This document shows positions 61,985-64,000 of a stretch of 64,000 nucleotides of DNA, piece by piece. Location: assembly GCA_964611155.1 (NCBI GenBank), contig CAZSXB010000004.1, forward strand, positions 915-64,914. Reading direction: 5' to 3'. This DNA is from an uncultured Thermotogaceae bacterium (GTDB taxonomy: Bacteria; Thermotogota; Thermotogae; Petrotogales; Kosmotogaceae). The notes beneath the pieces were generated by a model. The model did not search any database. It had not been told where the DNA came from and saw nothing but the letters and a program-made list of their open reading frames with translations. The position numbers and the translations under genes are program-made. The first letter of the stretch is position 1, and every line of letters starts with the position of its first letter.

Positions 61985-63108
61985 AGTCCTTCTCTCCTTT
62001 CAACGAGATGAGGAGTATCGAGTATTCTTGCTTTTCCATCCGGTCTGACAAGAAAGACTCTTGCATTTATCCCGAAGCTTTCATAATAGCTATTCTTGAC
62101 GCGTTCACTCACGGCATCTATTTCATCGGTTTCACATACGGCAATCACGGAACCCCCGAATCCCCCACCCATCATTCTGCATCCCGTAACAGAAGACTCT
62201 TCTCTGAGTAGACTGACAATGCTGTCAACCTCATCACAGGATACCTCATAGTCATATGCGAGAGATTCATGCGACTGCAGTAGAAAACGACCAAGGTTCT
62301 CGAAATTCGAGGACTTCAATGACCTCACTGAATCCAGCACTCTCTCGTTTTCAGTGATTATGTGCATTGCACGCCGGTAGTGTTCTGGTTTCAGTTTTTT
62401 CTTTGCTGTAAGAAGCTCAGAGATTGTCAGATCTCTGTAGCTTGTCTTTCCCAGTCCTCTCAGGGCGAAGTTTGCTTCTTCCCGTCTTCTGTTATATTCT
62501 CCTGAAGAAAGTGAGTGACGAACACCGGAATCAATCACCATAAAAGCATAATCTCCGAGATCAAGTGGCACGTATTCGTGATGCATACTTTGAGTATCCA
62601 GGAAGATCGCATGTTTCTCTTTCCCCATGACTGCTGCAAACTGATCCATTACACCGCACTTAACACCAACAAAATCATTCTCTGCTCGCCTTGCAAAAGT
62701 GTATTTTTCTTGATCGCTCAGTTCAAGCTTCAAGAGTTCATCCAGTGCAACCAGCACAGCAACCTCCAGCGCAGCAGAGCTCGACAATCCTGATCCCTGA
62801 GGCACTGTTGAACTGATCCTGATTTCCATTCCGGGAAGAAGAACAGCCTTCTCTTCTTTCAGAACCCAGCAGATACCCTTTACGTAATCACACCAGTTAT
62901 TCGATCGGGAAATAGCTTGAGAATCAAATTCACAAGTCCCTTCTTCCTCGGAGAAGACTCTTATGGAATCACCCTGTCTTTCGCTCACGGTCACCTGAAC
63001 ATACCTGTCGATCGTTACTGGAAGTACATATCCGTCATTGTAGTCAGTATGCTCGCCTATTATGTTTATCCTGCCCGGAGCGAGAGAGTGTATGCATTTC
63101 CTGGTCAT
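61981..63108 (-). CDS. galK: galactokinase
   Basis: GRINIIGEHTDYNDG, GHMP motif GSGLSSSAALEV and C-terminal GGGFGGS. ATG 63108 lies 6 nt after GGAGGGA. The longest ORF (to 63177) would read through a terminator hairpin. Confidence 0.9.
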   Translation of the reverse strand: MTRKCIHSLAPGRINIIGEHTDYNDGYVLPVTIDRYVQVTVSERQGDSIRVFSEEEGTCEFDSQAISRSNNWCDYVKGICWVLKEEKAVLLPGMEIRISSTVPQGSGLSSSAALEVAVLVALDELLKLELSDQEKYTFARRAENDFVGVKCGVMDQFAAVMGKEKHAIFLDTQSMHHEYVPLDLGDYAFMVIDSGVRHSLSSGEYNRRREEANFALRGLGKTSYRDLTISELLTAKKKLKPEHYRRAMHIITENERVLDSVRSLKSSNFENLGRFLLQSHESLAYDYEVSCDEVDSIVSLLREESSVTGCRMMGGGFGGSVIAVCETDEIDAVSERVKNSYYESFGINARVFLVRPDGKARILDTPHLVERREGL

Positions 63109-63156
63109 GTGAAATCCCTCCATTTCGCTAATCATCATCAGAATAGCATCTTTGGG

Positions 63157-63188
63157 AAGAAAATCAAAGAGGGCCAACCAGTGGCCCT
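63157..63188 (-). terminator. hairpin + T-rich tract between the glutaredoxin-like gene and galK (terminator or attenuator)
   Basis: Minus-strand AGGGCCA-CTGGT-TGGCCCT (7-bp stem) followed by CTTTGATTTTCTT. Confidence 0.55.
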
Positions 63189-63214
63189 TTACATGGTCTT
63201 GTGGCGGTTATTCT

Positions 63215-63454
63215 CTAGAGGATACCCAGCAAGCTGTCTATCTTCTGCTTGTCAAATCCAACGATAACGTTACTTCCCACGAGCGTAACCGGGACTCCCA
63301 TCTGTCCGCTCTTTTTATAGAGTTCTTCAGCCTTTGACGGATCCTTGCTGACGTCCACTTCCTTGAAGCTTATGTTTGCGGATTTGAGGTATGATTTGAG
63401 TTTTCTACACCAGGAACAGGATGGTGTTGTATAGACGACTACTCTCTGAGACAC
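63215..63454 (-). CDS. glutaredoxin-like protein (YruB/NrdH-type thioredoxin fold)
   Basis: 79 aa. CSWC active site directly after beta-1 (VVVYTTPSCSWC). GVPVT...G block. GTG start after GGAGGGAG. Confidence 0.85.
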   Translation of the reverse strand: MSQRVVVYTTPSCSWCRKLKSYLKSANISFKEVDVSKDPSKAEELYKKSGQMGVPVTLVGSNVIVGFDKQKIDSLLGIL

Positions 63455-63493
63455 ATTTCTCCCTCCTTATACCCTATGGGGGTATTTGTGAGA

Positions 63494-63522
63494 ATTATAC
63501 AGCATCTTGCTCGAGCAATCAA
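63494..63522 (-). promoter_or_regulatory. promoter of the glutaredoxin-like gene with an embedded 12-bp perfect palindrome
   Basis: Minus strand: TTGATT (63522-63517), 17-nt spacer, TATAAT (63499-63494). The spacer contains TTGCTCGAGCAA (63507-63518). Confidence 0.5.
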
Positions 63523-63568
63523 CAGGGATAATGAGAAAGAGAATATATGCAATAGTTCAGAAAAGCAA

Positions 63569-64000
63569 TCAGAGTTCTATCAGAACAATCTCTGGCGGAG
63601 CCAAGAACCTGAAATTGAACCAGGCACCAATACCGTTGGTTACATAAATCATCGAGTCATCATCTTTGTCGTAGAGACCTTTGACAAATCCAAGTTTCTC
63701 ACGAAAGAGCCACTCGGAAATATATGGAACATAGAATTGTGTACCGTGAGTATGTCCAGCGAGATAGATGATCGGTAAAGGACCTGAATAACGACCGCTT
63801 GCATGAGCATAATGCTGCATAACAATGACATCACGATCACTTCTATCTATCCAGAACCTTCGGTTTAGCGGCATTCCTACAAGCTTCACTGAGTTTCCGT
63901 CTTTGTCCAGAATTGCTGTCTCCTCGTCCAAAAGCATAACACCTGAGTCACGGTATATGTCGTTCAGCCTCGATCGTATGTTGTAATCCCAGTTCCCCAT
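63569..64000 (-). CDS. calcineurin-like metallophosphoesterase, partial; 5' end beyond the right edge
   Basis: GNWDY (GNH[DE]-type) and LAGHTHG motifs. The ORF reaches the window edge. Confidence 0.75.
   Translation of the reverse strand: MGNWDYNIRSRLNDIYRDSGVMLLDEETAILDKDGNSVKLVGMPLNRRFWIDRSDRDVIVMQHYAHASGRYSGPLPIIYLAGHTHGTQFYVPYISEWLFREKLGFVKGLYDKDDDSMIYVTNGIGAWFNFRFLAPPEIVLIEL

Noticed and set aside
1-64000. CRISPR arrays, tandem repeats, IS elements, prophage or toxin-antitoxin pairs
   Set aside because: None were noticed on reading the sequence and ORF track. By-eye scanning of 64 kb cannot exclude short or diverged repeats, so a repeat finder should confirm this.

Overview
The window is a dense, mostly housekeeping chromosomal segment: about 64 protein genes, 4 tRNA genes, and no rRNA, CRISPR array, IS element or integrase that I could see by eye. 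Gene content suggests an anaerobic bacterium, possibly Thermotogota-like. The evidence for that is class III RNR nrdDG, rubrerythrin, a THEP1-type NTPase, a compact GH36 alpha-galactosidase, a Sir2/CobB, very strong GGAGG-type SD sites and many ATGA/GTGA start-stop overlaps. This taxonomic guess is inference only.

Recognisable genes:
- Translation and RNA: psuG (partial), fmt-def-surE, tsaE, engB, prfA, rsmE, serS, prmC, trpS, rluB.
- DNA and cell maintenance: a DinG/XPD-like helicase with ComF, a DnaQ-like exonuclease, rnhB, mazG, scpAB, lon, pilT.
- Sugar metabolism: two GH13 amylase-family enzymes, GH36, a GH1-like protein, glpK, galK, a PfkB kinase.
- Transport and signalling: two divergent RND-superfamily transporters, a CDF transporter, a PAS-GGDEF cyclase and an HD-GYP protein.

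I corrected many longest-ORF starts using SD sites and family N-termini. I also annotated near-consensus promoters and hairpin terminators by hand.

I did not find a convincing, clearly novel multi-gene system such as a defence island. The most interesting items are:
- a tightly packed SCP2 / DsrE-like / LUD / acylphosphatase / GGDEF operon;
- a CDF / HD-GYP pair in which the HD dyad reads YD;
- a GH1 homologue whose acid/base Glu is Lys (NKP);
- an orphan ABC ATPase with a degenerate signature and H-loop, sitting in a mixed operon;
- a DinG-like helicase translationally coupled to ComFC;
- long dual-coding overlaps (nrdD/nrdG, scpB/rluB);
- NrdR-box-like palindromes upstream of nrdD;
- an 831-aa secreted protein with a possible C-terminal beta-barrel;
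- single-gene tRNA transcription units with textbook promoters.

All family calls come from motif recognition by eye. No database search was possible.
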